Below the pieces are notes generated by a model, which was given only the letters and a program-made list of their open reading frames with translations, made no database searches and had not been told where the DNA came from. 58,504 bases of DNA, from positions 1 to 58,504 of the forward strand of contig LVLI01000360.1 in assembly GCA_001687465.1 (NCBI GenBank), written 5' to 3'. The stretch comes from Halocafeteria seosinensis. Taxonomy: Eukaryota. Positions 34,004 to 46,426 of this stretch are shown here, in pieces. Each line of letters begins with the position of its first letter. Positions within the stretch are counted from its first letter, which is position 1. The position numbers were made by a program, and so were the translations under genes.

Positions 34004-35361
34004 TCACTCGTGTAGGCGTCGTAAAATATCATCCAAACTTGCGCTTCGCAGATAGCTTTCAGCATCCTCAGTTGTATTTACTCCCTTACTTTCCCCTTCA
34101 TCAGGAGTGGGTGCGTGCACCTGTTTCTTTTCACCCTCATTACGAGTCGATGTGTTGCTTTCAACCGTGGACGATGAAAATGTTGTAACTGGGTGTCTTG
34201 TTGTAAAGCACTCGGAGCTCCCGCTGTGTGTCGCCTCTCCACCAGACGAACGGTGCTGGGTCGGGTAGCCTTTTCGTCGCCTTTTGTTACCTTTCCCAGA
34301 CTCCTCCTTGTCTTTGTTCGGGCGCTTGTTTTTCGCGGTCTCAAGAACGCCCATCATCGGGCCTGCAAGTGTATCATCCTCCATACATGCATTCGTTGAA
34401 TTTTGAACTACTTGCTCTCTCCACGGAACCGCATCGTTGGAAAACGAGCTGGTAGCGGCGTCTCCATGGTTGCCACTTTTAACATCTGAATTCGTCAAAA
34501 AGCGATTTATTTGGCCGGCGATCCGTTCTCCATATGGTGCAATGTCCTCTTCTGCAAGTAGGCCCACATCTCCATCGAGGGAAATATCGTCAGTACTTAA
34601 AGAGCAACCTGCACTAAATGGTCTACTCGCAACAGAAAAATGCTCTCCTCCTCGTAGCTCCCGATATTTCTCCAAAACGGAATTCAGTTGATCCATCAAC
34701 GGGTCCAACTTTGTTACATCCGGTGAGTCAAATAATTCTGCCGGGCTAGTTTGCTGCTTAGTCTGCAACTTCAGATAGTCTCCTAGAACTCTCTCAAGAC
34801 TCTTTAGGTTTCGAGGTGTCTGGAGGGGAGAATATACTCAGCTTCTTTTCTGGATACAACAAAGTACAATTTCAAGGCGTGGTACATACCTCGGGCAGTG
34901 GCCCAAAAGCTTCCTTAAATTCTCTAGCAAAGCATCGTAGGGAATCTGTGAACCCATTTTGTCTCAGGTACTTGGCCACCAAAAGACCCTGCAGACACGC
35001 ATGACGCAGCATACATCACAACAACAGCAAGAAGAAGTACTGCTACCTATCCAACAATACGAACCACTTCATGGGGAGCCACTGAATCCTGATCTGAGTC
35101 TTCAGACTCAGTACGCTTTTTCGGCTGGCGTGGCTGCTTCTTGGTCGACTTCCTCGTGCTTTTCGACTTCGAATTGCTCTTATTCTGCCGCTTTGCTGGG
35201 GCTGAGGAGGAGCTGGCTGCGGCAGACTGCTGTCTCTGTCGGTAAGATGATGCTTTCTGATCTACTGTGGCATCCTCATCTTCGTCTTCATCGCCATTAC
35301 TGCTGTGATGGCCTTCCTCGCTGCTACTATCGGTGTTTAATCGGTCATATTCCGTCGACAT
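34004..35361 (-). CDS. LisH-domain protein, NPAT-like; 3 exons (35361-35065, 34988-34890, 34819-34004), 403 aa
   Basis: Spliced VAPHEV|GLLVAKYLRQNGFTDSLRCFAREF (LisH), then KSLERVLGDYLKLQ, a basic NLS-like KRRRK and the C-terminal SLDDILRRLHE*. Confidence 0.65.
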
Positions 35362-35409
35362 TGTCCCATTTAATGTTGCTGATTTATATCATTCATCCAC
35401 ACCCAAAAT

Positions 35410-37197
35410 ATGGACAAGGACAAACATACTCATAATGGGATCATTGAGTATTGCGCCAGTATCACGCAAGGCCTGGAGGACTTAGCCATTGAAGAACTCC
35501 TTCACGTACGTACCATGGTCCATGCCATGCCATGCCACGCCCAAGGTCCCCTTTCCTTGCATTCAAATGACGTACGGCGTCATGTTTCAACACAGGTCGA
35601 CCCGGAAGTGGACCTCATTGCGGTATCCGCCGGTACGGGTTCCTGGCATCAGAAGTACATACTGCAGAAACATTGGAACCGGAAGCGCAATTCGGCATGC
35701 TCGTTGATTCGATTCAATTCCCAAGTAAAACCGAAAAGATTCGTTGACCGGTTAAGGTTAATCGATGGACTGTACTTGTTCGTGGGCTTCCTCGAACATA
35801 CGCCGACAGACCTCGGCGAAGCTCAGCAGAGATTCCACGAGTTGTTTACCTGTGATGGTACGCTTCGCTTCCTCGATGTTGCGACGGGTTTCGACATCGT
35901 CACGACAAAGAATGTGTGGTAGTGCAGCTACTACAGCCCGCAGGAGTCGAGACGCGATATTTACGTGGAAGGAATTCATGGCGGATAAGCTGCAGAGTCC
36001 GGATGACATAGCGTTTCGAGCAAGTTGCGTTCGCGACGGTGCTCAAAACTACAAAAGTCCGGACTTGGCTGCCGCTGTAGGTAAGAATGGCTACATCAAA
36101 TGAAATGGTTTTGGTCAGTTTTCAAACTATTTCATTGATGTATCCAGGCGATAAGTTTGTCAAAGGTTTGAAGGCCAATTTTTCCGACTATGGAACGAAA
36201 GACAGAGGAGCATTGCCGGTATTCCACGTTTCTTTGAAGCAGTATAGTTTGGAGGTAAGTATAAAAACGCATCCAGATAGTGATGGATACGCATACTCGA
36301 AAAATATTCTTGCAGATCATCGCTTTCGCCAATAAGGACCAAACTACAGTAGGACTCACCGTTACCGACTACGAGGAAACAGCCAAAAAGCATCGACCAC
36401 CAGTGAAAGTATCAAACGAAGTTGCACATACCTCCCTACGTGCGGATATTATAGCAGCGATGGTGCAATTAGCGAAATTACAGTATGGCGATATTGTTTA
36501 CGATCCCATGTGTGGCACAAGTGCCATCCCTATGGAAGCACTGCTTGCTGGTAGCCTGCAGTCCCGTGCCAGCAATGACAGCTCTGTGTCGTTTGTCAAT
36601 CCTTCAGCCTCAGGTTCGGCTCCCCATATTTCTCCAGTATTCGCCTTGTCCTCTGAGAACAACAAGGAGCGTGTCACCCACACGACTGATATAATGTTTG
36701 AGAAGTGCATGGAACGTTTCAGAGTAGCTCCCCCATTGGGATGTTTTGTGGGCGATGTTACGCGTTTACCTATTCGTAGTGGTTGCATAGACTGTATATT
36801 ATGCGATCCTCCGTACGGCAAACGGTGCGGATCCAGGAATTCAACCGGAGAACTGTTGAACCGATTCACAGAAGAACTGGCCAGAATATTGAGACCTTCT
36901 AGTGGAAGAGCTGTTATATTGCATGCATGGAAGCGCTATTTTAGCTCGTTCGTAAGTGCCTTACTTGTCTCTCCGTGCGTTGCTTGAAAGTATATGTCGG
37001 GTCGACTGTCTCAGATTGAGGACACTCCTTACTTCGAACGATATTTGGACGATAGACCTGTGGATAATAACAAAATTCAATGCTTCCTCTTTTTCTTAAA
37101 GAGGACTGATCGGGCTTATGAGCCTAAACGTAGCGTCAACGATACTAGTAAACGCCGAAGGAAGTTGGGTTCCCAAGAAGCAACCACAAGTTCATGA
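35410..37197 (+). CDS. THUMP-domain RNA m2G methyltransferase (THUMPD2/THUMPD3/Trm14 family), 5 introns
   Basis: GLEDLAIEEL, AFRASCVRDG, TSLRADIIAAM, YDPMCGT, GDVTRLPIR and ILCDPPYGKR. Confidence 0.85.
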
Positions 37198-37544
37198 CGA
37201 CGTCTGTGTTTCTTGGTAAACTGCAAGTAGTTCATCACACTCACATGCATCATAGCATGTGGGGTACACTAATCAATATACCATTCTGTAAAGAATTCGG
37301 ACGTATTGTTCTTATGGCATCATGCGTCGCAACCATCGGTCGCAAGATCCGGACCTCACTCATGCGCATTGCGCATGTGTGTCCATGTGTGGATGGATTG
37401 TTTCGGGTTTCATCAGAAATTCACCCCAATAATGTGTTGGCTCCGCTGTGCAAATTTTTGAGGGAGCAATGGGTCGAAGCACCCTAGACACAGGTCGTTG
37501 ATTTCAACGCGCATCTACCGTCTGCGAGCGCCCCACGCGGCTAT

Positions 37545-40500
37545 ATGATGAGTTGGACGCTTCCACAGTCAAGACCAGGTTCCGCCCCGTCAAAGGCATC
37601 GGACGAGCGCCAGTCTGGACCGAGCAGCAGCCATCGGCCGTCGACGGCGTCGGCCGGCCGTCGGGAGTCAAAAGTCCATTTAGGAGTCGAGACCTACGAC
37701 GATGCCATTCTTACAGGGAGGGACCATAGGAGACGGAGCCAACCTGTTGCTCCCCCGCGTAAGTACTTTGGTTGCATGATATGGGATTCAAGAGGTTTTA
37801 CGCTTATTTACGGGGAATGCAGCTCTCCGAGGAATTGCTAGAAACTGGGGGTCGAGAATTGAACGAGTAAAGCGCAGACTGTCCTCAGAGCCACTCAGGA
37901 AGCATACCACGACGGCAGGCTCTCAGAATTCGCCCGTCGAAGATGAAGGAGAAAAAGAGGGTTCAGACGAACGTCATGTAACAGCTCTCCATAACATTAA
38001 CTCAACACCCTCCGCAGAGATCGACCAATACTTACGGTCCCTCAGTAAGAGCAAGCTGGAAAAGATTGGACGAAGCGCAAGCCAACGGAACACCTCCCCC
38101 CATGTAAAGCAGAAATATCGGCGGCCAAACAGAAGTACGATCAGATGGCAGTCCCAGCGTGGCGCAGCGGTGTCGCAACTCTCATTAACGGATGATGGTA
38201 CTCGCCAAGCGAAAATGGGCTCCTTGCAAAGGGCAGACCAAGACATGGAAGCTATGCTCCATAGTTATTATGGTCGATACGTTGATGCGCTCTCTCATTC
38301 TCCAAATGACAGAAATTCGCTATATTATGAATTCCTTAACCTTTTCTTGGCTTCTGATGAAGAAGAACTTGCAAAGGAGGAATCTAACACCGATGATTCC
38401 CGGTCAAGAATGCGGAATACCACGCGAGACTCGGACATCCAGAATATTGTACAAGAGGATACGTTAATTGGACCAGATCTTTTTTCTTCAGATCGAGAAT
38501 ATGGAAGCTTGGTGAAGCCTCAGAAATATGGTACGCCCGCTGGTAGAGATATCACAGGCGCTCTCGATATTCAGACAACGAGCGAAGACGCAAGCGGATC
38601 ATTTATGCCTCCGTACACTTCGTTTGATGCTACTCGTCGAATGAAGACGAGAAATCGTGACTATCTTCGAGAAGGGTTGTATATCCCGAAGGATGACGAT
38701 ATAAGCATTGATGAAGCCTCTAGGGCATGGGCTTTGAGAGTCAACTTAGGACGAGGGACTGGTGCAACGGAAAAGACCGACATTTCAGCACCATCCAACG
38801 GTACTTTAATTTTGGCTTGCGTCCTATATCGCCGGGGGCTGGCTGATTCCGTCGAGGAAGCAAAAGCAATCCTCGAACATCCAGCTTGCAGAGACACGGC
38901 ACACCAGGCCGCAAACATAGATTTGACGTCTTCAGTCTTTGACTCGTTGATTGAACAAACATTTGAGAATCTCAGAGAAGCTCTCGTTAATGCTTCATTC
39001 AAACCCGCTAAGGAAAATAGGGCCCCTGGAAAGAAGCAGAGTCGCGTCGAAGGCAGGAGAGGAAGTGTCCACGTTTCCAATGAGCATGCCGCTGCGATTC
39101 AAGACAAACCGATTTTGGAAGCACGGCGACATTCCAGTCGCCGAGTGAGGAGTAACAGTTTTGATGAGGCGGCGCTTTCGAGTAGGCACAACATCTTTGA
39201 GGCTAAAGACAAAAGCGACAGCACAGAACGACCAAAAGGGTCAGATTCAGGCGACTACTCTGCCTGGAAATTCCTTGGTTCTATCAAAAAGTCAAGAAAC
39301 CAATTATTGGAAAAACGCCGGTCTCCAGAAAAGCCTTCGCAAATAGAACACACCTCATCAACGTCGTCTTTGTCAAGCGATTCGTTCCAAGATGTTACTG
39401 TGCATGAGCTTCAGAGTAGAGAAGACTGGAACAAATTCTTTCATGGAACCGACTTAACGGACGACTACGGAGAAGACAAACACGAGGAGACACTGTTCTC
39501 CCGTAGTGACGACTATACCGGTAGTCGTCGAGCGGCTGCCGTGACGATCCCGTCTGTGAGGAGTGGGACATCTCTTTCACGTATATCGGAGTCGGAGCGA
39601 GAGAGCAGAGGAGAAGGCTCGCCAGATGCCAATAGGAAACGAGGGACGAAACACCATCATCCAGAGTGGTCCAAGCGTCTCGATGGAGCAAATTCCCCAG
39701 CCCAAAGCCATGAAAGCCGCCGGAAACCTGCTGAGAGAGATACTGCTAGCCATGAAGAATTTGGGACCACTTCTAAGCACACTACCTCCGACACCGGAGG
39801 AACCAGGCATGTTTATTCGTCGTATCGTGAAAGACTGAACATACCCAAAAGTCCTGCGAAGGAAGCCGAGTTGTCTCCCATCAGCATTACGGGAGAACAG
39901 TTGCAACATGGGAACAGCGAGATACGACGGGAAGGCAGTTATAGTTCCCGCATTGCTGGTGTATCAAACAGAAACCAAGGAGGCGCCACCGGTGAAGACT
40001 CCGCTGTTCTGGAGCTTCAGCAGGCGATGGAGCAAGCGCATTTGATTCGGCACTCTCCTCGATCAAGTAGTGAGATGGTGACGGCTTCAAGTGTTCCGGT
40101 TGCTGGATGGGAGGGGGAAAAGCTGCACTTGCTCACTGGACAAACACGATTCTTCGTCAGCATCAAATCATCGAGAGCCATTTGTGGGCTCACAAGCACT
40201 CCCTGGTTGACCATGGACTCCGGAATGAATACCGTTTCATGGGTGGAGTTGTCCAGGTGGTACAAGATTCGAGCCTGGTGTCGCCGTCAGTGGATATTGC
40301 TACTTCTTCAAACAAGTATGGAAAGCGTTTTACAAGAAGATTCTACTGAACCAAATATGTGCTTCGTGAAATGCTTAAGCTTTGCGCATGAAATGTTGCT
40401 ACTACACTGCCAAGTCTATTTTCGATCGCTGTCCATTCAAGAGCTCGTAAATCATCTACGTATCTGGTGCAGTCTCTCGAACCAGTCCTTGGATAGAGAG

Positions 40501-41808
40501 GCGGAATTTTTGGTGAAGACTCTGACGTCTGACGAATTGGTCGAAAAGTCAAAAGAGTGGAATCTGTCAGTGTTATGCAAATCTGTACTATCTTCCTGCT
40601 CCCCGAAGATTCTTACTGAACTCAAAACGTATAAGTCGTCACATCCTCGTATTTGTAGGTGGATGCTTGTTGTTAAATTACTCTCGCAGTGTATCAGTAG
40701 GATTTTGTGCACCGATGGGCTCACCAAAGAAACCCTCCCGCCGCGGAGCTCTGCCTTCTTCGCGAAAAGAGATGAACACGCATTTTCTTGCTGTTTAACT
40801 AGCTATAATAGCCACTGGCGAGAATGCAAAATTCTCCAGGGAAACGGAAACGGTGAGGGCATTACAAGCTTGTGCTGGACTCAATATGCGGAGCAAACGA
40901 AAGGATCTGATGTTTTCGAAATGCTATGTGGGCAAATTACTTCGAAATTGGAAGAAGAGTATAGCAGCGAGATCTTGGTTGCTCTCGATAATCACAAGAA
41001 TGTTGTGACAGAGTCAAAGAGAGCCGAGAAGAAGAGTGGTACTTTGAATGATGCTGTTTCCATCCAGGCATGGAGAAATTTTCTGGAACACGAGAGTTCT
41101 TGGACAAATGGTTCTGCTAGACAGGATTCTCCGCCGCGTATGTCTACTACGCGGCAGCAAGTGGGAGGACAGCAACATGATAATGTTTCCGTTGTATCTC
41201 CCCGTCAGAAGCACGCACAACTAAAACTGAACGAAAGCATGGCCCGCACCCGAGAAGATATGCATGCACTCTACTCCCCAATACAAGCTAACGAAGAAAG
41301 ATACCAAAACACAACCACCAGTGCTGAAGAGGCTTCACCAAGAGTAGCTTTTTGGAGCCCACGTTTGGATACCAGCGCCGACCGAAACGGGAATACTGTT
41401 CGTGGTAGCTCTGTTTGGCAATCCCCCAGTCGCCCCTCCCCACGCAAACTACATTCTCCACCTCGTAGTGCTCCAGATCAATGCAGGCGCCCTACCTCTT
41501 GCCATCATGAAGCAGGAGACAAGGAGTTTCCATCGACAAAACCCAGGGTGTTGAAACCGTACGGAGACAACGCAACGAACGAGTACATGCAAAGTACTTC
41601 CAGCAATGATCCCTCTCGTTCTTACTACCCAGAAAACAACTCAAGGGATGAGTCGCGGAATTTGGGTCACCAGTTTCGTCGTATACGAACCCCAAGGGGA
41701 AAGGGGGGTTCTCGGAGTGTGAATAAATCACTAGAAGATGTTGACGCTATCATAGCCGCTTCGCAAGAGCAGCGTAGAGCCATCACGGCGAAGATCAGGG
41801 GCAGATGA
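37545..41808 (+). CDS. Large hypothetical, largely disordered protein (about 1400 aa), 1 intron near 37759-37821
   Basis: The first exon splices in frame into the 1212-aa ORF. Ser/Arg-rich, with a helical Cys/Trp-containing segment; no family recognised. Confidence 0.75.
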
Positions 41809-42003
41809 ATATAGTTTGCTCTGTGTTAAACGGTTTGGCAGCTGGACCGAACGTGGACTCCATAGGGTCGCAGTGTGAACACTTGCTAACTATTGAAACT
41901 TGAATTCAATGTTTCCTATTCACTCTACCTTTACAGATGTAAGCGCGTTTAAGACATGGAGTCCCTGACCGACCTTAATATCCGGATGGTGAACCCGACA
42001 CAT

Positions 42004-43355
42004 TTACAGTTCGAATTTCTTCAGCGGTCTAATTCCCGATACATAATAGTCTATGAATGGTCCATCACCCGAAGAGATTATATGGGCGCGCGATTCACCT
42101 CCCACAGCTTCCTCCTGGGTTTGAACGGCAGAGGCGCAGAGGGAATCGATTGCTCCAAAGTGAGACTCACCTTGTCCCGCCACCGACGGGATCCCATTCT
42201 GCAATTTCCAGTATTGCATTTTCTGTGGGCTACCACCACTAACAAACTTTGTAGTTCCTGTACGAGCTAAAGCATATATCGGCAGCAGCTTTTCTTTATG
42301 CAAGCTGGTGGCCGGGTTCGATCCTATGAACTTTTCTGTCATCATCTGTATCGAGCACAGCACGCCATCTACTCGCCCAGCCAGCAAGAACGTGCCCTCG
42401 GTATCACTGCATAGGCTGGAGATTGGTTGTTCAAATGACTGAATACGCTTGGAGCGACTTGTTCTCGTATCTGTTTATAAAAACATACTGTTAGATAAGA
42501 ACTTTTTGACATATATGGAATGTCATCGAACATCACTTACCCCACACACATACTGTCCCGTCTATACCTCCGCTCGCGATTCTATTTTGCCACTGCAAAG
42601 GGTGTAAGCCGCTAATCCGTCCCTGATGAATATGCTGACTAGCCCGAGAGAGCTGAGTGCTAATATCCCAAGCTATCATTGTCCCATCAATGTGCCCCGA
42701 AAAGAGAGTAGAGGTCTGTAGCCATTGAAATAAATAACAGTATCTGCTTGAACAGTATCTGGCTGTTCCCAGCCACAGCATTAACTCACGTTGGCATCCC
42801 AGGTCAGTGACACCGGAGAGTTCACTCTTTTATCGGAAGTAATCCTCTGAGATGCACTTAACTTTACCGTCGCCACCGGATGCTTGACCTCTTCCTCATC
42901 ACCCTTCAGCGTATCCCAGCTCCATATCTGTATCGAATCCTCGTGGGCTCTGCAAGAAAAGCATTCATTCCCCATTTCCTCCAGACAGCACTTGGTCAGG
43001 GTACCACTTACGTCGCAAGCAGCTCCTGATGACCGGAATGGAATGATATCATCGTGGAAGCAGGAGATAAACCTTCCAAAGTCTTCAATCTCTCTACGGA
43101 CGATCTGGAATTCCCCTGCTGGTTGGAAGCTATTTGGGACTCTGAGGAAGATGTCAGAGGAATAATTCCCAATTGTCCCGAAGGGGCAATACTGCATATG
43201 GCATGGGAGCCCGTGAGGGGCGCCATGGAGCAGCTTACAGCTCTGTCAAAGTGCCGTAATTGCTCCTCGAACGCGTCGTAGGGCTGATACTGGTCCTCCT
43301 CGGCGCTGTTTAGCGTGTACCCAATGGGAGGTATTTCCCAAGGTTTTGCAAGCAT
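42004..43355 (-). CDS. WD40 protein, THO complex subunit 6-like; 3 introns
   Basis: Spliced ELLAT|AHEDSIQIWSW, SLTWDAN|TSTLFSG, IASGGIDGTVCVW|DTRT and the terminal IISSGDGPFIDYY...FEL follow the THOC6 layout as I recall it. WD40 is secure; the THOC6 call is tentative. Confidence 0.65.
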
Positions 43356-43535
43356 GATTCTACTAATGAATATTTTGCACAACGGTTGTATCTGTATGAA
43401 ACGAACGACAAACTTGAACAGAATGAGGCAAATAGCGCTCGGAGAGGAGGATTGTTATTACCAGGATATACACATTGATTATTAGACAGCATATAAGGAG
43501 ACCACACGCTCTACATTTTATAGAGGAGTATAATA

Positions 43536-44348
43536 ATGGCTACGGATGAATATTGGGATGATTCAGCCATCCTAAAGGTACGTACAAGGAAACAGAGCAT
43601 GCAGTGACAAGAGGAGCATATTTCTATGTCATTACAGGCTTTTGATGATGCTGTATGGAGCCATGAGACTGTCCAAGGGCATAAAGTCACCCGCAAACCG
43701 GAAGATAGTACGTACAAAGAGTTCTTGGGTCGATTGGAAAGCTTGGAAGACACCCAGACGGAGGCAGCTAAACAAACAGAGCGTCAATTTTTCCAAACAA
43801 GGACTCAAACTCAGCAGGATATGATGCCCAGCGATGAAAATGGCTACGCTCCTGAGGAAACAGAGCCGTATACGCCAGAGGAAACAGGGGAAGAGGGGGA
43901 GGAATACGAAGTTGGGGACTACGTGTTTCATCAAGGACAGTATTTGGATCCACCGAAACGAAAACGAGGTTCCACTAAAAAGAAGTCCCAAACTGCAATG
44001 GAGCGACAAGGGGTACCGCAGCAACAGTACCCGCAAGCGTATTACCCGCAGCCACCGAATGTACAAGGGCTCTATCAGGGGCACCCGCCAAACACATATG
44101 GAGCCACTGTGTACGGTGCAGCTCCCGCCCCGCAACCATGGGGACAACATCAGCCTATGTATTATCCACCTCCTCCAACGCAACCAGTAGCTCCCTCACC
44201 ACCTGTGCCAAGTCGACCATCATTACACGGGAAACTCGACCCCGAAAAGGATCCTGAATTAGCGAATCTTTTAATGTCATGGTACTGGTGTGGTTATTAC
44301 TCGGGTAGGTTTGAGGCAATGCAAGAGGCTTCCCAAGAGCAAGCTTAG
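43536..44348 (+). CDS. SMN: Survival motor neuron protein homologue; intron 43578-43637
   Basis: Gemin2-binding helix YWDDSAILK|AFDDAV, a Pro-rich linker, and the YG-box LANLLMSWYWCGYYSGRFEA. Confidence 0.9.
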
Positions 44349-44979
44349 GCCGTAACTCGGGCAACCGACGAAACAGCAGACAGAGCCTATGAGCACTCAC
44401 CGCGGCGAGTGAGCGTACTAAAATGATGCGTTTGTGAAGAACCTGATACGAATAACTCGCGTAGAGGCTTGTGTTGTATCGATTCTCTTCAGAGCTGGCC
44501 TCGAATCGCAGTAAAGATGGGCTCAATGAGCAGCGGCAGGTGCTGGATGACGTACTGCGCACCCTTAGCCAAGCGTGGTGTTCGACAGAATCGCAGAGGG
44601 AAATCCAGTGCAAACGATCCAATGACTCGCGCGTTCGCCAAAACCTAAGCCGTTGCTGGAAGTCCGCAATGGCATCTAGACCTAGCCATTATGAAGCTAA
44701 CTGTTTTCTTCATGAACGAGAATGTTACATTTGAGTTTTACTTTAGCATACTAACGCTACCGTGTTCCCCCCTATCCCCATATAGCTGTTGCCTTTTGTA
44801 GAAGTTTTCCACTGGACTGGAACCTTTTTGACACCTGTGAAACTCCGGTGCTGTACCCCCGACAAGAGTTGAACACGTCGCGTAACCTACTCCTGCAGAA
44901 TTCACTGCACATTATGGTCGGATTCTTCCAATTCATTCTTCATCCTTAATGTGCAATGCCGTTGAACTCGTTACGTTAC

Positions 44980-44997
44980 ATGAGTCATATGAGTCAC
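44980..44997. promoter_or_regulatory. Tandem AP-1/GCN4-type bZIP sites (ATGAGTCAT ATGAGTCAC)
   Basis: Two adjacent TGAGTCA cores about 390 bp upstream of the ORF at 45381, in a 1-kb intergenic gap. Confidence 0.3.
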
Positions 44998-45380
44998 GAG
45001 GGTGTGAGGTTTCGTGACAGGGTGACCCTCTCCCCAACACCGTGTTCGGCCGGCACATTGAAGCGGCAGCGTCTGCCTCACGGCTTCCCTACCTGGCGCT
45101 TTCGCCTAGATTAGCGCGAGGACTGGTATTTGACATGTCGGATAAAATCGTAGCTGCTGTGATTTGTTGTGTTGCATTGTTTGCGTAGATTTGTAAAAGT
45201 CTTTGGTGTCTTTGTTTGCCTCTATATTTGGTTTAGGAGACTTTTCTTGTTTTACGTACTTGACCTTTTTTGCTCCCTTTGAACTCCCCTTCACGAGTGA
45301 CTATCCATACCATCTGCGACGTAACTTTAAGCGCATATTCGAAACGAAAGGGATCGTGATCCTTCCAGCCAACGGCAAGA

Positions 45381-46370
45381 ATGTTGTCAAGTACTTCGTT
45401 AGATGCGTTTGATGAGTCCGTGGAAGACGCATACAATGGTGTATCGTTCAATCGAAGATCATCCATGGATGCGGACCAGCATCGGGAAGCCGCCCTCCCC
45501 ACGTCCTTCCCCTACACTAGCTTGTTTGCAGGGGACTTCTATGAGGGAATGTCAGCCACTTGGGCGATGGTTCATAATGAAGGAAGTGTAGCCGATCCTC
45601 GAAGAGAACAAAGGGACTACGCGTCGGATAGCAGTACGGGTAGTGGTTATTCAAATGTCAACCCATCTGCAACCAGGTCGCCCTCCACCGACATCCCGAA
45701 CCCAGAAGCTGTTCCAGAGTCTCCTGGAAGCACCGGCAAACGTACGCGGGCGGACTCTTACAAAGAAAATGATAATGATGTTTCAGTAAAAGAGCAAAAG
45801 ATACAGCAGGAAATCCAATTCCCGTTGCCAGTCGAACAACAACAGAACATGGTCCAGTCGGTTAAGAACGAGTTGGAAATAGAACCCAAGCTGCCCCCAA
45901 TCGTCTACAGAGAATACATGACATCTAGTGGATCTTTATCTTCGGAACCGTTACCCGTATGCATAAAGTTATCTGAAAAGAGCAAGAGCGTGCTTAGGAA
46001 TGCGACAGACCCGAAGACAAAAGTCACTGCCTCACTTCGTCAATGGGGCGTTGATAGAGAAGTGTTATATGTGGACCCCAAAGATGGGCAAATTAGGGCC
46101 TGTGCTCCTCATATCAAAAAGTGCAAGATTGAGACAAGCCCAAAAGGAGAATCACATTTGCTCGTGGAAGTTGTTAGGAAAGGACAGCTCACAGACCCCA
46201 CGAAGTCACTCCCTTTGACTCGCAGCCATGGAAACTTCCCTTTCTACTTTGTTTTCGAGATCCCGGAAGCAGGGGAAAAAGCTGTTTCTAGTATCTTTGA
46301 GGTTCGTTCCAAAGAGACAAGAACCACGAGAGAACAGAGAACAGTTACGTCCTTGATTGAAAATAGCTAG
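45381..46370 (+). CDS. Hypothetical protein, 329 aa; acidic/Ser N-half and a beta-rich C-domain, possibly an Ig-fold (p53-like) DNA-binding domain
   Basis: Intronless ORF. LPPIVY...TRSHGNFPFYFVFEI...SSIFEVRSK resembles the ends of Ig-fold transcription-factor domains; function is inferred only. Confidence 0.65.
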   Translation: MLSSTSLDAFDESVEDAYNGVSFNRRSSMDADQHREAALPTSFPYTSLFAGDFYEGMSATWAMVHNEGSVADPRREQRDYASDSSTGSGYSNVNPSATRSPSTDIPNPEAVPESPGSTGKRTRADSYKENDNDVSVKEQKIQQEIQFPLPVEQQQNMVQSVKNELEIEPKLPPIVYREYMTSSGSLSSEPLPVCIKLSEKSKSVLRNATDPKTKVTASLRQWGVDREVLYVDPKDGQIRACAPHIKKCKIETSPKGESHLLVEVVRKGQLTDPTKSLPLTRSHGNFPFYFVFEIPEAGEKAVSSIFEVRSKETRTTREQRTVTSLIENS

Positions 46371-46426
46371 AGTTCCTAAGATATACCGGTTTGTGAATAT
46401 TATCGCACTACATACAAACAAAACAA

